A stretch of 63,158 bases of DNA, filler included, from Bdellovibrionota bacterium (GCA_963169515.1; 6 parts of 6 records of this genome joined end to end with filler, not necessarily neighbours in it); one strand, 5' to 3'. Positions 49,485 to 60,784 are shown, counted from the first letter of the whole stretch. The notes: generated from the sequence alone by a model not told the origin. Made by a program: numbers and translations.

Positions 49485-50249
49485 ATGAGAGTTCTTTTCT
49501 TTTTGTTTACATTTGCGTTATCCATTAAATCTTGGGGCGTTGATTCTAAGTGTGAGGCCTGGTTTAAGAACGGAAAGATTGATCGGAAAAGTAAGAAATG
49601 TGTTTTGAAGTGTAGCGTATTGCAAGTGGATATGGATACATTTGCATGCCCACTTGAATGTGAAAAATTGTGTGACGATCCTTGCAAAGAGTCTGAGAGA
49701 TTTTGGAAAAATAAGCTTAAAGACGGGCGCCCCAATTTGTGGCCAAACACTACTGAAAAATCAAAGCAATGGTCTGAAAAGGAAAAAGAACTTGTGACGA
49801 AGGCGTTGTCAAAGATGCCCAAAGTTTTGAAATTCGAATTAGTTGAGCTATACAGAATGGATAAATCAAAAGATTTCCCAAACCCCAGCTCTCATGGAAG
49901 TCACTATATAACGCTATACGATTCGGCGTTTGATTCAGGCAACGATTTGTTGCGAATTCTTTTCCATGAATTGGCGCATGAATTATATGGAACCTTTTCT
50001 CAGGAAGATATTAAATCTTATTATATCTCGGCTATGTGGTCTCAAGAAAGGAAGGAGCGAGAGCCATCAACGATGAGATCCGACTCGACTTTTGTCCGAT
50101 CAGATGGGCGCACCAGTCCAGAGGAAGATTTTGCTAATAACATGGAGTTCTATTTGTTTAACCCGGTTCAATTAAAAAAACATTGGTCCCCAGTATTCGA
50201 ATGGATAAAGAAAGTCTATAGTGGTAAGCTAACACTGGAGTGCAAATGA
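49485..50249 (+). CDS. Secreted zincin-like metallopeptidase
   Basis: Signal peptide, Cys-rich N-domain, FHELAHE and SPEEDFAN. Confidence 0.72.
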   Translation: MRVLFFLFTFALSIKSWGVDSKCEAWFKNGKIDRKSKKCVLKCSVLQVDMDTFACPLECEKLCDDPCKESERFWKNKLKDGRPNLWPNTTEKSKQWSEKEKELVTKALSKMPKVLKFELVELYRMDKSKDFPNPSSHGSHYITLYDSAFDSGNDLLRILFHELAHELYGTFSQEDIKSYYISAMWSQERKEREPSTMRSDSTFVRSDGRTSPEEDFANNMEFYLFNPVQLKKHWSPVFEWIKKVYSGKLTLECK

Positions 50250-50809
50250 ATAAACTTATTCTGTCGGCGTCTCTTTTTTTAGCGTTGTGTTCTTGTACTA
50301 CCCCTCATGTATCGAATTTAAATCAACAAATAAACGTAGATGGAATTGAGCAACTGAGTTTGGGTTCAACAAAAGAAGCTGTCATCGCCATGTTTGGGAA
50401 GCCTGCTCACAAATATCAAGGGAATCGCAATGGCGGGTCATATGAGTTTTGGTCTTACAATGGTAAGGAGCCATTTAGGTATCAAAGGTTGAGTATTTCT
50501 TTTAATCGCGAAGGATTGGTAGAGTCAAAAGGGATCTCTCTATTTGAATCTGATCCCGAGTCTAAATTGGTGTATTTAGAAAAAAAGTACGGCCCCCCGG
50601 TTTCTCCTCCACACAGAGTTCAATCTTGCGTACCCCATATCGTCATATCTGATAACCTTCAATATAGATTTCCAAATGGCTTGACGGCGGCGTTTCGAGA
50701 AACCCGTCAAGAGGTAAGCGATCTGTTCTGGGAAGACCCGATCAAAAGAGATCTTTCGTGGGCAAAGCCTAGAAATTGTACCCCACGAAAGATTGTGGAG
50801 ATTCAGTAG
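50246..50809 (+). CDS. Lipoprotein, SmpA/BamE-like fold possible
   Basis: Lipobox LCSC; LSLGSTKEAVIAMFGKP...WSY; ATGA overlap with the upstream stop. Confidence 0.65.
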   Translation: MNKLILSASLFLALCSCTTPHVSNLNQQINVDGIEQLSLGSTKEAVIAMFGKPAHKYQGNRNGGSYEFWSYNGKEPFRYQRLSISFNREGLVESKGISLFESDPESKLVYLEKKYGPPVSPPHRVQSCVPHIVISDNLQYRFPNGLTAAFRETRQEVSDLFWEDPIKRDLSWAKPRNCTPRKIVEIQ

Positions 50810-50827
50810 GCTCTATTGATAAATACG

Positions 50828-52537
50828 CTAGTGCTGAATTTGGTGAAATTGAAAATACAGTCCGCGATCATCCATTAGGCTGCTGTGTGTGCCTTCCTCT
50901 ACAATCTGGCCGTCCTTTAATACGCAGATGCGGTCGGCATTTGCTATCGTTGACAGGCGATGGGCAATTACAAATACCGTGCGCCCCTTCATAAGCTGAT
51001 CCAGGCCTTCTTGTACTTCTTGCTCGCTGACAGAATCCAGCGCGCTGGTTGCTTCGTCTAAAATTAAAATTGGCGCATCTTTATATATTGCGCGGGCGAT
51101 TGAAATTCTTTGCTTTTCCCCCCCTGATAATCGCGTTCCACGATCGCCAGCAAGGGTTTGAAATTTTTCTGGGGTTTTATCAATAAATATGTTTGCATTT
51201 GCCAGACTTGCCGCTGTTCTTACATCAAAGGTCTCTTTATCAAAATTTCCAGACTGAATGTTTCGTTCGATCGTATCATTGAATAAAAACACATCTTGGG
51301 TAACAAGCGCAATGTTTGCCCTCAAATCCTGAACCCTCAAATCCTGAATATTTGAATTACCAATTAGAATTTGCCCACCTGTTGGGTCGTAGAACCGCTC
51401 AAGAAGGTTCATTAGCGTTGATTTCCCACAGCCGCTTTCACCAACAAGCGCAATTACTTCTCCACGCTTAACCGTGAGGTTTATGTTTTTAATTACAGGG
51501 GCGGAGTCATAGGAAAACGATACGTTCTTAAACTGGATTTCGTTCCAATCCATCGGAAAGGATTTTGGATTTTCCTTTTGTGGGACGGTCGATGTGTTTT
51601 CTAAAATATCAAAAATGCGACGCGTGCAAACAACCGCACCTTGCAGACGCACAAAGGCTTCTTGAATTTTTTTAATAGGCATTTGTAAAATGGCCAGAGC
51701 GGCAGCGTACGACATAAAGTCACCCAACGATGAGGCACCCTTAATAATCTGTCCCCCGGAATAAAACAAAACTCCAGCAAACGTAATGGAACCAATAAAT
51801 TCAGTGATCGGTCCCGCCGCTTCTTCGCGACTGATTACCTTGCTACGAAGTTTTAAATATAGGTCAGAAACTTTGTCCAGGCGGGTCTTCATTTCGTTTT
51901 GTAAATTAAAAGACTGAATGACTCGAAGCCCATCCAGAGTTTCTTTAAAAGTGTGAGTCACATCTTCTAATGCGACCATTTGTTTGCTGGTGTATTTACG
52001 TGCGCTTTTGGCAAAAACACGAAGAATTTTAAAAATAATGGGGACCGCAATTAAAATTGCCAGGGTTAGCTTTACGTCCAAGTAGCACATCCAAATAACC
52101 AAAGCCAACAACGTGATGGGTTCTTTTGCAATATCTGCCATGCGGCGCAGACCGTCGGCGATCGAGCTCACATCATTTGTAATTTTGCTTAAGAGCGCTC
52201 CGGGATTTGTATCGGAATGATAGCTCAGCCGCAATTCCATATACTTAGCTTGTAGATCCTGTCGCAGTCGAACTGTGATTTTTTCAATCACCATTTTCAA
52301 CATATAAAGATGAAAATATCTAGCAATCCCATGAAAAAGGATAATTCCAACGACAGCCAAAGAGAGAACGAGCTGTTTATCACTCTGTTTTTTCTCAAAC
52401 ACTTCGTCAAAGATTGGTTTTACGATCATCGCAATGGACGTGTCCGCAAGACTCATCAAAAGACCCAACAAAAAAACGATAACCAAAACGCCGACGTATG
52501 GCTTTACATAGGGTAGTAGTTTTTTTAAATCACTCAT
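50828..52537 (-). CDS. msbA: ABC exporter, MsbA-like
   Basis: TM domain plus GESGCGKST, LSGGEKQR, ILDEATSALD, IAHRLST. Confidence 0.8.
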   Translation of the reverse strand: MSDLKKLLPYVKPYVGVLVIVFLLGLLMSLADTSIAMIVKPIFDEVFEKKQSDKQLVLSLAVVGIILFHGIARYFHLYMLKMVIEKITVRLRQDLQAKYMELRLSYHSDTNPGALLSKITNDVSSIADGLRRMADIAKEPITLLALVIWMCYLDVKLTLAILIAVPIIFKILRVFAKSARKYTSKQMVALEDVTHTFKETLDGLRVIQSFNLQNEMKTRLDKVSDLYLKLRSKVISREEAAGPITEFIGSITFAGVLFYSGGQIIKGASSLGDFMSYAAALAILQMPIKKIQEAFVRLQGAVVCTRRIFDILENTSTVPQKENPKSFPMDWNEIQFKNVSFSYDSAPVIKNINLTVKRGEVIALVGESGCGKSTLMNLLERFYDPTGGQILIGNSNIQDLRVQDLRANIALVTQDVFLFNDTIERNIQSGNFDKETFDVRTAASLANANIFIDKTPEKFQTLAGDRGTRLSGGEKQRISIARAIYKDAPILILDEATSALDSVSEQEVQEGLDQLMKGRTVFVIAHRLSTIANADRICVLKDGQIVEEGTHSSLMDDRGLYFQFHQIQH

Positions 52538-55329
52538 AAAGTCGCAGACGCTCCGAAATACGGTTTCAAATAGGTTGAGGTCGGAAACTTCTTTTTACTT
52601 AAGTCTTGTGGCGTCCCAGTAAATAAAATCTTTCCGCCCTTTTTCCCACCATAGGGGCCAAGTTCTATGATGTAGTCTGATTGTCTAATAACATCAAGGT
52701 TATGTTCAATGACTATTACGCTCCCGCCAGCGTCTATAAGGCCATTTAAGACCTGCATCAGAAGCTCAACTTCCCGAGGGTGAAGCCCCGTTGTAGGTTC
52801 GTCCAAAATATATAAAGTGTTGTTCTGCGTAGATTTGGTGAGCTCTTTTGCAATCTTTAGACGTTGCGATTCTCCGCCACTTAAGGTTGCGGAGCTTTGG
52901 CCCAAACATAAGTAATCTAAACCCACTTTGCGTAAATAGAGCAATGTTTTTCGAATTGACGGAAATGGAACAAAAAAATCCATGGCTTCAGCGACCGTCA
53001 TTCCTAAAATTTGATTTACGTTTTTTCCGCGATAGGTAATTTCAAGCGCTTGTTCTTGGTATCGTTTTCCCTGACACGTGTCGCACAAAAGCTTTACGTC
53101 ATCCATGAATGCCATATCGATAACCTGGTAGCCTTCACCGCGGCAATCTGGGCAGCGGCCGCCGTCCACATTCAGACTGAAATAACCAGCAGACAATCCG
53201 CGTGAGCGGGCCTCATCGGTCGAAGCCAATATAGATCTGATTTCATCGAAAACCTTCATGTATGAGGCGGGATTGCTGCGCGAACTTCTTCCAATCGGTT
53301 TTTGATCTATGAAAATAACACTTTTTACGAAATCCAAACCGCCAATTGATTTATAAGGCAAAACCTCTTGCAGATCTTTATTTAAATGTTCTTCGATGGC
53401 CGGATACAATGTCTGACTGATAAGGGAACTTTTTCCGGAACCACTTACTCCGGTGATGGTTACAAAGCGGCGAAGGGGGATTGTCACGTTGATATTTTTT
53501 AAATTATGTCCAGAACATCCGCGCATATCTATTTTGAATTTGTAGGTATCCAAATCGACCGCCCGCGGATTTAAAATTATCTTTGATTTATAGTTTGGTT
53601 GTAAATAGTGGGCGGTTAAGGATTTTTTATCATCAAGAAATTCACTGGTTTTTCCTGCGAACATGATTTCGCCACCCAAATGTCCAGACCCTGGGCCGAG
53701 CTCGATGACGTTTTCACTGTGACGGATAACATCTTTATCGTGTTCAACAACCACAAGCGTATTTCCCAGGTTTTTTAATTCTTTTAATACTTTTATCAGG
53801 CGGTCATTGTCGCTCGGGTGTAGGCCCACGGTAGGTTCATCGAGTACATACAAAGTTTGGGACAGGCCCATGCCCAATTGATTCGCTAGATTTATGCGTT
53901 GATATTCGCCGCCAGATAGAGTTCGCGTCGTGCGATCGATTGTTAGGTATTCGACCCCCACGTCGACCAAAAACTGCAACCGTTGAATCAATTGTTTTAA
54001 AATTTCTTTAGATGTTTGATTTTGTTGATCGGAGAGCTTTAGTCCATTTAAGGTCACAAGCAAGTCCTCAACAGTCATTGCGGACAGCGCTGTAATTGAT
54101 TTCCCTTGGATCCAAATATGTTGAACCTCTTTGCGCAGGCGAGTCCCTTTACATTCAGGGCAAGGCTCAGCGCTTTTAAAGCGCGATAAAAATACGCGCA
54201 CGTGCATTTTGTATTTTTTGCCCTCAAGATAGTCAAAAAATCCAGTCACGCCGTAAAAATCTTTTGTTCCACCCCAAATCATGTCCCGCTGCTTTTTAGG
54301 AAGTTTTTCCCACGCGACGTGCATATCGATTTTATTTTTTGTGCAAAACTTTGTGAGCTCTCTTCGGTCGGTGATTGAGCTTGGCATCATGAAGGGACTA
54401 ATTGCGCCTTCCGCAAGTGATTTATCTGGGCGGGGGATAATTTTGCGTTCGTCAAGGGTCAGCAGGTTTCCAAACCCATTGCATGTAGTACAGGCGCCAA
54501 CGGGGCTTGAAAAACTAAATGTGCGTGAAGAAATGGGTGGAAAACTAAATCCACAAACAGAGCAGGCGTAGTCTTCGCTGAATTCGAATTTTTTTCCAGA
54601 TAAGGTTACGACACGGGCCTTTCCGCCCAAGAGAGTGGTGTTTAATCTTTTCGCTGCAGAATAGGCTTGTGAAAATGAATCGGCTATGCGCCCACGCTCA
54701 TCTTTAGTAAATACAAGACGATCGATTACAATATCGAAATCATCTGCGGGAAGCACAGACTGTGGGGTTAAATCTTTAACCTCTTTTTTATGATAAATTC
54801 TTAAAAAGCCTTCTTTGATAAAAAGATTGAGAAGTTTTTTGCCCTTTTCAATTCGCCCTGCTTTTGTGATGGGGGCTAAAATATACCCGCGATCGCTTTC
54901 AATTTCACTGATAAGTCGATCAACAGAAGCGGAAACTGTATCCGCTTGAATTGGGGTTCCGTGGTTTGGACAGTGTGGGACGCCAATTTTTGCATAGAGT
55001 AGGCGCAAGTAATCGATGATTTCGGTAACCGTGCCCACTGTTGAGCGGCTGGTTTTGACGTAATTTTTTTGCTCAATTGCAATCGCTGGAGGAATATTTT
55101 CAATCTCATCAAGTTGTGGCTGCGGAGATTTGTCCAGAAATTGGCGGGCATAAGAAGACATACTTTCGATATATCGACGTTGCCCTTCTGCGTATAGAGT
55201 TTCAAAAGCAAGAGAGCTTTTTCCGGACCCGCTGGGTCCACAAACGACGGTAAATTCTCCTTGGGGAATTTCTAGGTCGATATTTTTTAAATTATTCTGC
55301 CTAACCCCTTTTAATCGGATAGGTTTCAT
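52534..55329 (-). CDS. uvrA: Excinuclease ABC subunit A
   Basis: GPSGSGKSSLAF, two ABC modules (LSGGE..R, LDEPT), CxxC zinc fingers. Confidence 0.92.
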   Translation of the reverse strand: MKPIRLKGVRQNNLKNIDLEIPQGEFTVVCGPSGSGKSSLAFETLYAEGQRRYIESMSSYARQFLDKSPQPQLDEIENIPPAIAIEQKNYVKTSRSTVGTVTEIIDYLRLLYAKIGVPHCPNHGTPIQADTVSASVDRLISEIESDRGYILAPITKAGRIEKGKKLLNLFIKEGFLRIYHKKEVKDLTPQSVLPADDFDIVIDRLVFTKDERGRIADSFSQAYSAAKRLNTTLLGGKARVVTLSGKKFEFSEDYACSVCGFSFPPISSRTFSFSSPVGACTTCNGFGNLLTLDERKIIPRPDKSLAEGAISPFMMPSSITDRRELTKFCTKNKIDMHVAWEKLPKKQRDMIWGGTKDFYGVTGFFDYLEGKKYKMHVRVFLSRFKSAEPCPECKGTRLRKEVQHIWIQGKSITALSAMTVEDLLVTLNGLKLSDQQNQTSKEILKQLIQRLQFLVDVGVEYLTIDRTTRTLSGGEYQRINLANQLGMGLSQTLYVLDEPTVGLHPSDNDRLIKVLKELKNLGNTLVVVEHDKDVIRHSENVIELGPGSGHLGGEIMFAGKTSEFLDDKKSLTAHYLQPNYKSKIILNPRAVDLDTYKFKIDMRGCSGHNLKNINVTIPLRRFVTITGVSGSGKSSLISQTLYPAIEEHLNKDLQEVLPYKSIGGLDFVKSVIFIDQKPIGRSSRSNPASYMKVFDEIRSILASTDEARSRGLSAGYFSLNVDGGRCPDCRGEGYQVIDMAFMDDVKLLCDTCQGKRYQEQALEITYRGKNVNQILGMTVAEAMDFFVPFPSIRKTLLYLRKVGLDYLCLGQSSATLSGGESQRLKIAKELTKSTQNNTLYILDEPTTGLHPREVELLMQVLNGLIDAGGSVIVIEHNLDVIRQSDYIIELGPYGGKKGGKILFTGTPQDLSKKKFPTSTYLKPYFGASATL

Positions 55330-55906
55330 TCATTTAGATCCTGCTTGTAAAAGAAAGACTTTTCTTCTTCGTCTTCCGCGGAAGGATTTGCTGAATCGTT
55401 CGATGTTGTCGGTTCTGTTCCTTCAAGGAACGCTTGTTTAACCACGTCTTTTGATTGTGCTGTGGCAACTTTCCCGGTTTCGTTATCAATGCTTACAAAT
55501 ACAATTTTTTCTGGAATGGAAAAGGTCTTTCTTGGCAAATCCTTATGAGCCGTTTTCATAAATTCGAGCCAAATCGGGAGCGCTGCTCGACCGCCCGTTT
55601 CCCCAACGCCCAACGATTGCTCGTTATCAAACCCGACCCACACGCCCGTTGCAATCTGCGGGGTAAAGCCCAGAAACCAGGCATCGTAATAACCATTGGT
55701 TGTTCCAGTTTTCCCCGCAACCTCACGCCCGAGTGCCCGAGCAGCACCGCCAGTTCCGTGTTTTTCCATAACCACGCCCCTCATAAGGCTTGTAATCAAG
55801 TAAGCCGTTTGGGGTGAGATTAATTGATCTTTTTGTTGGAAAAAAATAGGCAAAGTTTTAATTTTTTCTAAAGAGATGCCGGGCAAAGCATCGGCTTGGG
55901 TCAGAT
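55326..55906 (-). CDS. Penicillin-binding protein 1A, C-terminal fragment
   Basis: AGKTGTTN, DAWFLGFTP, GVWVGFD, ALPIW. Confidence 0.85.
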
Positions 55907-56006
55907 NNNNNNNNNNNNNNNNNNNNNNNNNNNNNNNNNNNNNNNNNNNNTTAATTAATTAANNNNNNNNNNNNNNNNNNNNNNNNNNNNNNNNNNNNNN
56001 NNNNNN
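55907..56006. other. Artificial contig spacer
   Basis: Same 100-nt linker. Confidence 0.98.
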
Positions 56007-56471
56007 ACCAGGAGCCGAAAGCGATAACATTGGAGACGCTTGTGGTTTGGAAATTTTTAAAACTTCGCATAGGAGCTCTAGGTTATATTCTAATTCATGA
56101 TTTTCTCCACGGCTGCGCTTTTGACGAAGACCACAATTAAAAAATAAAAAAGAATGCCACTGGCTGAAAACACCACCTCGCACAGGGATTCTCGCTAGCC
56201 AAAGCGCTAAACTCACCCACCACGGCGCGTGAAAAACGATCGCTACATCTGGTTTAAGTTTGTGCACAAATTTTAAGAACACCCACAGGTTCTTGTGCTC
56301 ACTGCCAAATTCTTGAAATACGCGCTTTGGTCGTGCGTTGGCAGGCAAAAAACCCAAATTTTTTGGAATAGCCCATGTTACAGACCAATCAGGACCTAAA
56401 ATTTCATCAACCGGAAGCGAAAGAACCAAATCCCCGATGCGATCGATTCGAACAAGTAGCAGTTTCTTCAT
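56007..56471 (-). CDS. Glycosyltransferase family 9 (heptosyltransferase-like), N-terminal part
   Basis: LLVRIDRIGDLVLSLP; HELEYNL. Confidence 0.85.
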
Positions 56472-56606
56472 TTAACTCCTTATATACTATTCTCACGGTT
56501 AAGACGTGCGTTAATGTTTAACGCGGGGTAGAACGGACTTTTCTCCTATTACGTGTTCTTCTCACTCAGTATAAACTTGTTTTTTACATTCAGAGGGAGA
56601 ACTTTA

Positions 56607-57869
56607 ATGGATGTTTTAACAAGCGGCCACCTTTATCAAAATACCATCAACATCATTAACCATGCAGCGGAAATAGCCGGTATCGACCCGGCCATTCGAA
56701 CGCGTGTTGGAAAACCAAAACGCGCAATCATGGTGAGTGTTCCCGTCCGCATGGATGACCACACGGTAAAAGTTTTTGCTGGTTACCGAGTCCAACACAG
56801 TCAAACTCTCGGCCCATTTAAGGGTGGTATTCGATACCATAAAAGCGTGACCTTTAGTGAAGTGGGCGCGCTTGCAATGTTGATGACTTTTAAAAATTCC
56901 CTACTTGGCCTTCCTCTTGGCGGCGCAAAGGGCGGGGTTGCCGTTGATTCATCGACGCTTTCTCGAAATGAACTTCAAAGCCTCACTCGGCGTTACACTT
57001 CAGAAATCAGCAACTTCATCGGCCCAGAATCAGATATTCCGGCGCCAGACGTTGGGACCGACGCACAGACTATGGCTTGGATCATGGATTCTTACTCACA
57101 AGAAAAGGGCTACGCCGTTCCCGGCGTTGTCACAGGCAAGCCAGTTGAAATAGGCGGATCGCTTGGTCGCGTCGGAGCAACGGGCCTCGGAGCGATCTTC
57201 TGTCTTCAAGAATTGCTCAAAGTTCTTGATAAACCAATGGCAGGAACCACAATAGCAATTCAAGGTTTTGGTAATGTGGGCTCACACGCAGCTCTTTATG
57301 CATTCGAACGAGGCGCAAAGGTTGTGGCTGTCAGCGATGTAAGCGGCGGTATCGCAAATGAAAAAGGGATTAACATTCCTAAATTAATCGAGCACTACAG
57401 TACAAAAAAAATGTTCAAAGGATTTAGCGAACCCCACGGGGAAATTACGAATGATCAGTTGATTGCGACCAAATGTGACGTGCTTATTCCCGCAGCCCTT
57501 GACGGCGCAATAGATAAAGAAAATGCAAACAGCGTACAAGCAAAAATTGTCGTCGAAGGCGCAAATGGGCCATTAACAACAGATGCCGATCTTATTTTAC
57601 AGAAAAAAGGGATTAAGATCATTCCAGATATTCTGGCAAACGGCGGTGGTGTTATTGTATCTTACTTTGAATGGGTGCAAGATATTTCTGCGTTCTTCTG
57701 GGACGAAGAAGAAGTAAACGCGAACCTTCAAAAAGTAATGCAAGCAGCTTTTAAGCGCGTTTGGACCTTTGCAGAGAAAAACAAAATCGACACCAGAACT
57801 GCGGCGATGTGTGTTTCTTTAAAACGCTTGGAAAAGGCAATGCTGTTGCGCGGTCTGTATCCAAGATAA
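56607..57869 (+). CDS. gdhA: Glu/Leu/Phe/Val dehydrogenase (glutamate dehydrogenase)
   Basis: GPFKGGIRYH, GGAKGG, DIPAPDV, QGFGNVG, EGANGP, NGGGVIVSYFEW. Confidence 0.9.
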   Translation: MDVLTSGHLYQNTINIINHAAEIAGIDPAIRTRVGKPKRAIMVSVPVRMDDHTVKVFAGYRVQHSQTLGPFKGGIRYHKSVTFSEVGALAMLMTFKNSLLGLPLGGAKGGVAVDSSTLSRNELQSLTRRYTSEISNFIGPESDIPAPDVGTDAQTMAWIMDSYSQEKGYAVPGVVTGKPVEIGGSLGRVGATGLGAIFCLQELLKVLDKPMAGTTIAIQGFGNVGSHAALYAFERGAKVVAVSDVSGGIANEKGINIPKLIEHYSTKKMFKGFSEPHGEITNDQLIATKCDVLIPAALDGAIDKENANSVQAKIVVEGANGPLTTDADLILQKKGIKIIPDILANGGGVIVSYFEWVQDISAFFWDEEEVNANLQKVMQAAFKRVWTFAEKNKIDTRTAAMCVSLKRLEKAMLLRGLYPR

Positions 57870-57883
57870 TAATAGGATAAAGG

Positions 57884-58882
57884 ATGTTGGAATTTAAACC
57901 TTGGCTTTGGCTCTCCCCTTCGGTTTCCCACAGTCTAAGCCCCATCATTTTGCAACTTTTTGGTAGTTTTCGAGACTATCAAACCTTTACATGGAAACCG
58001 TTCAACTGGCGCGGACTTGAATTTACAAATCCATTGGGTGTCGCCGGCGGAATGGATAAAAACGGACACCTTGTAAAACATTTGTGGACCCTCGGTGTAG
58101 GATTTGTCGAAGTAGGAACCATTACCCCAAAACCACAACGAGCAAATCCAGGGGAAATCATACGCCGAGATACAAAACAACAAGCGCTCTGGAACAAAAT
58201 GGGATTTCCAAATCGCGGGGCTAAATCCGCACTTCGAAATTTGAAAGGTCTGAAGTCCCCACACTTTACCCCGATTTTTGTAAATGTTGGGAAAAATCGT
58301 ACTACCCCAAATGACAAAGCTCACGAAGACTACATACAAGTGATCGACACACTTCGGGAACACGCAGATGCATTCGTAATCAACATCAGTAGCCCAAATA
58401 CAGCAGATTTACGGGAACTTTTACAGCCAACTAATTTAAAAGGCTTTTTGGCTCCTATTCTTAATGTAAAACAAAAAGACGGTCGAACGACGCCGATGCT
58501 ATTGAAGCTCAGTCCCGATCTAGAGGATCAAGATTTGTTTTCTGTTTTGGATATCAGTTACGAATTGGGAATAGACGGTTGGATATTAACGAATACGACA
58601 ACGACGCGCACACTAAGCCTTTCTTTTCCAAAAGAGGGTGGTGTTTCTGGTAAGCCACTTTACGACATTTCTAAAAAAATTCTTGAAAAATCAGTCAACC
58701 ATTTAGGTGAGCGAAGGCGGGATAAATTAGTGATTTCAGTCGGCGGGGTACTAACCCCAGAAGATGTGTGCGAGCGTTTAGAAATGGGAGCAAATCTGGT
58801 TCAGAGCTATTCGGCGCTTGTCTTTTCTGGCCCATTCTTTTTTCGAGACACTTTTGAATACGCAAAACGCAAGTATTACTAA
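57884..58882 (+). CDS. pyrD: Quinone-dependent dihydroorotate dehydrogenase (class 2)
   Basis: NPLGVAGGMDK, NKMGFPN, INISSPNT, KLSPD, GGVSGKPL. Confidence 0.93.
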   Translation: MLEFKPWLWLSPSVSHSLSPIILQLFGSFRDYQTFTWKPFNWRGLEFTNPLGVAGGMDKNGHLVKHLWTLGVGFVEVGTITPKPQRANPGEIIRRDTKQQALWNKMGFPNRGAKSALRNLKGLKSPHFTPIFVNVGKNRTTPNDKAHEDYIQVIDTLREHADAFVINISSPNTADLRELLQPTNLKGFLAPILNVKQKDGRTTPMLLKLSPDLEDQDLFSVLDISYELGIDGWILTNTTTTRTLSLSFPKEGGVSGKPLYDISKKILEKSVNHLGERRRDKLVISVGGVLTPEDVCERLEMGANLVQSYSALVFSGPFFFRDTFEYAKRKYY

Positions 58883-59110
58883 CGCTTGGTTATCATAAAA
58901 AATTATGTTGCGCAGGCTTTTGCCACTTTGAACCTGCCTATTGGTTCAACCGATTCAAAATTTGACCTGAAAAGTTAAGTCCTTTTCACGACTTGAAATG
59001 TTACCTAAATTTAAGGTGTAAATAAAGTTCTCAAAAAAATTTAAAATAAGAAAATCTAATTGTTTTCAAAACCCCTTGATTTTCCGACAACATTTCACTG
59101 TTTTGGCAAA

Positions 59111-59126
59111 TGGCATGGGCTTCGCT
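59111..59126 (+). promoter_or_regulatory. Sigma54-like promoter
   Basis: TGGCATGGGCTTCGCT (GG-N10-GC) upstream of the VWA gene. Confidence 0.5.
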
Positions 59127-59199
59127 TTAAATATTATCGAAGTGGTTGAGTTGGGCTGCGGAGCAGACTGCCATCTAAAGGGAAATCGCGGGAGGCGAT

Positions 59200-60693
59200 A
59201 TGAAAAACTTAAATAATTATTTAGTGGTTTTTTGTCTAACTCTTTGCATTTCATGCGGGCAGCAATTTTCTTTTAAAAAAACGTCCCCATCCATGGAGCT
59301 TTCAAACGGCGTTTATTTTTATCCGTATGAAAAATCACAAGAAACACATAGGCAAAACGCCTATGCAAAAAATGAAATGTCCGTATTTTTTCAAGTCGTT
59401 GATTCCGACGGTGTATCCATTACCAACTTGAACGCAAATGATTTTATTGTTCGGGAAAACGGCATTCCGATTAGTACCTCAAATTTGTCGTGGGACACCC
59501 CTTCTAATGGAGTGGATATTGTATTTGTTATCGACGAAACAAATTCGATGAGCGGAATTATTAATTCCGTTAAAGCAAATGTCAGAGCCTTTGTATCGAA
59601 CCTTTCCTCAAAGTCTCTAAAATCAAACTTATGTTTAGTCACATTCCGAGACACCGTTACACGAATTTGTAGTAATTTTGTCGAAGATATACCGTCAACT
59701 CTACAAAATGAGAACTCTGAAGATTTCTTAGAAAAACTAAACACCATCGAAGCTATAGGTGGCGGCGATATTCCTGAAAACCAATTAGATGGTATTCAAC
59801 AGGCTGCACTTCAGACCCCATGGCATAACGGATACCAACGTGCAATTATCATGATAACTGAGGCCCCGTTCCACTACGCTCCTGAGTATCTAGGCGATGC
59901 CGGAGATGCAGCCCCTTATTATGAAAACGTGGTTGATCTTATACAGTCCCAACAAATCATGACGTTCACTTTGGCAAAAAATGGAGTTCCCGGTTACACT
60001 TCCGGATTCAAGGGTAGGCCATCTTTGTCAGAGTCAACAGGCGCAGAACATTTTGATATTCAGAGGGTGATTAGCGACGCAAGCGAAATGAACAAGATTT
60101 TCGGTGTGATCGCCGAACGACTCGCCACCAAATACACAATTCGCTATACAGCCGAAGATAACGGACTGGATCCAACCCTACCTCTTTCTGAGAGAAACAT
60201 AACTGTCACACTTAAAAATCCAATCCCGGGAGCCTCCGTCCGCATTACCTCGAGATCTTCAAGCTACCCTTCGGGCGTGCCTCAGCAAAATACGCGCTGG
60301 ACGCTCAACCCACCATTCGCGATTGCGTCTGCTTCACTTGAGGTTTGGATGAATGGCAGTCCATCACCAATTTCTTACAGCTTGAATGGAGGGGATCTTG
60401 TGTTTGCATCGGCTCCGCCGCCGGGGGCAGAGATTCTCGCAAAATATGAGTTTGCTGATTTGAGAAATAACGTAAAAATATTCCCCATTTTTACAAAACC
60501 AACGCCTGACTATTACACATTTAAAACAAAGTTTAATGGCATACCGACAGACCCAGAACACGTTCGCATTACGCAAACGCCAGATGGAAAAAATATGATC
60601 GAACCACAAGATTGCGTTTTTGACAACGCAGACCCTTTTAAAATTCGAACAAATGGCGGCCTCTTCGTTAGTTTTGAGATGATTCCATTTTAA
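59200..60693 (+). CDS. VWA-domain lipoprotein
   Basis: Lipobox CISC; DIVFVIDETNSM MIDAS-like motif, GGGDIPEN, IMITEAP. Confidence 0.82.
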   Translation: MKNLNNYLVVFCLTLCISCGQQFSFKKTSPSMELSNGVYFYPYEKSQETHRQNAYAKNEMSVFFQVVDSDGVSITNLNANDFIVRENGIPISTSNLSWDTPSNGVDIVFVIDETNSMSGIINSVKANVRAFVSNLSSKSLKSNLCLVTFRDTVTRICSNFVEDIPSTLQNENSEDFLEKLNTIEAIGGGDIPENQLDGIQQAALQTPWHNGYQRAIIMITEAPFHYAPEYLGDAGDAAPYYENVVDLIQSQQIMTFTLAKNGVPGYTSGFKGRPSLSESTGAEHFDIQRVISDASEMNKIFGVIAERLATKYTIRYTAEDNGLDPTLPLSERNITVTLKNPIPGASVRITSRSSSYPSGVPQQNTRWTLNPPFAIASASLEVWMNGSPSPISYSLNGGDLVFASAPPPGAEILAKYEFADLRNNVKIFPIFTKPTPDYYTFKTKFNGIPTDPEHVRITQTPDGKNMIEPQDCVFDNADPFKIRTNGGLFVSFEMIPF

Positions 60694-60784
60694 GCAAATG
60701 CTTAATGTAATGGTTCAAATTAGTATAAACGACGGTGACAATTCGACAGCTCTATCTTAACATAGGATTTTGTTAGGATGGCCC

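Noticed and set aside
51319..51348. 15-nt tandem duplication in msbA (IQDLR-VQDLR)
   Set aside because: In frame, two copies only, in a variable part of the ABC domain; no sign of function.
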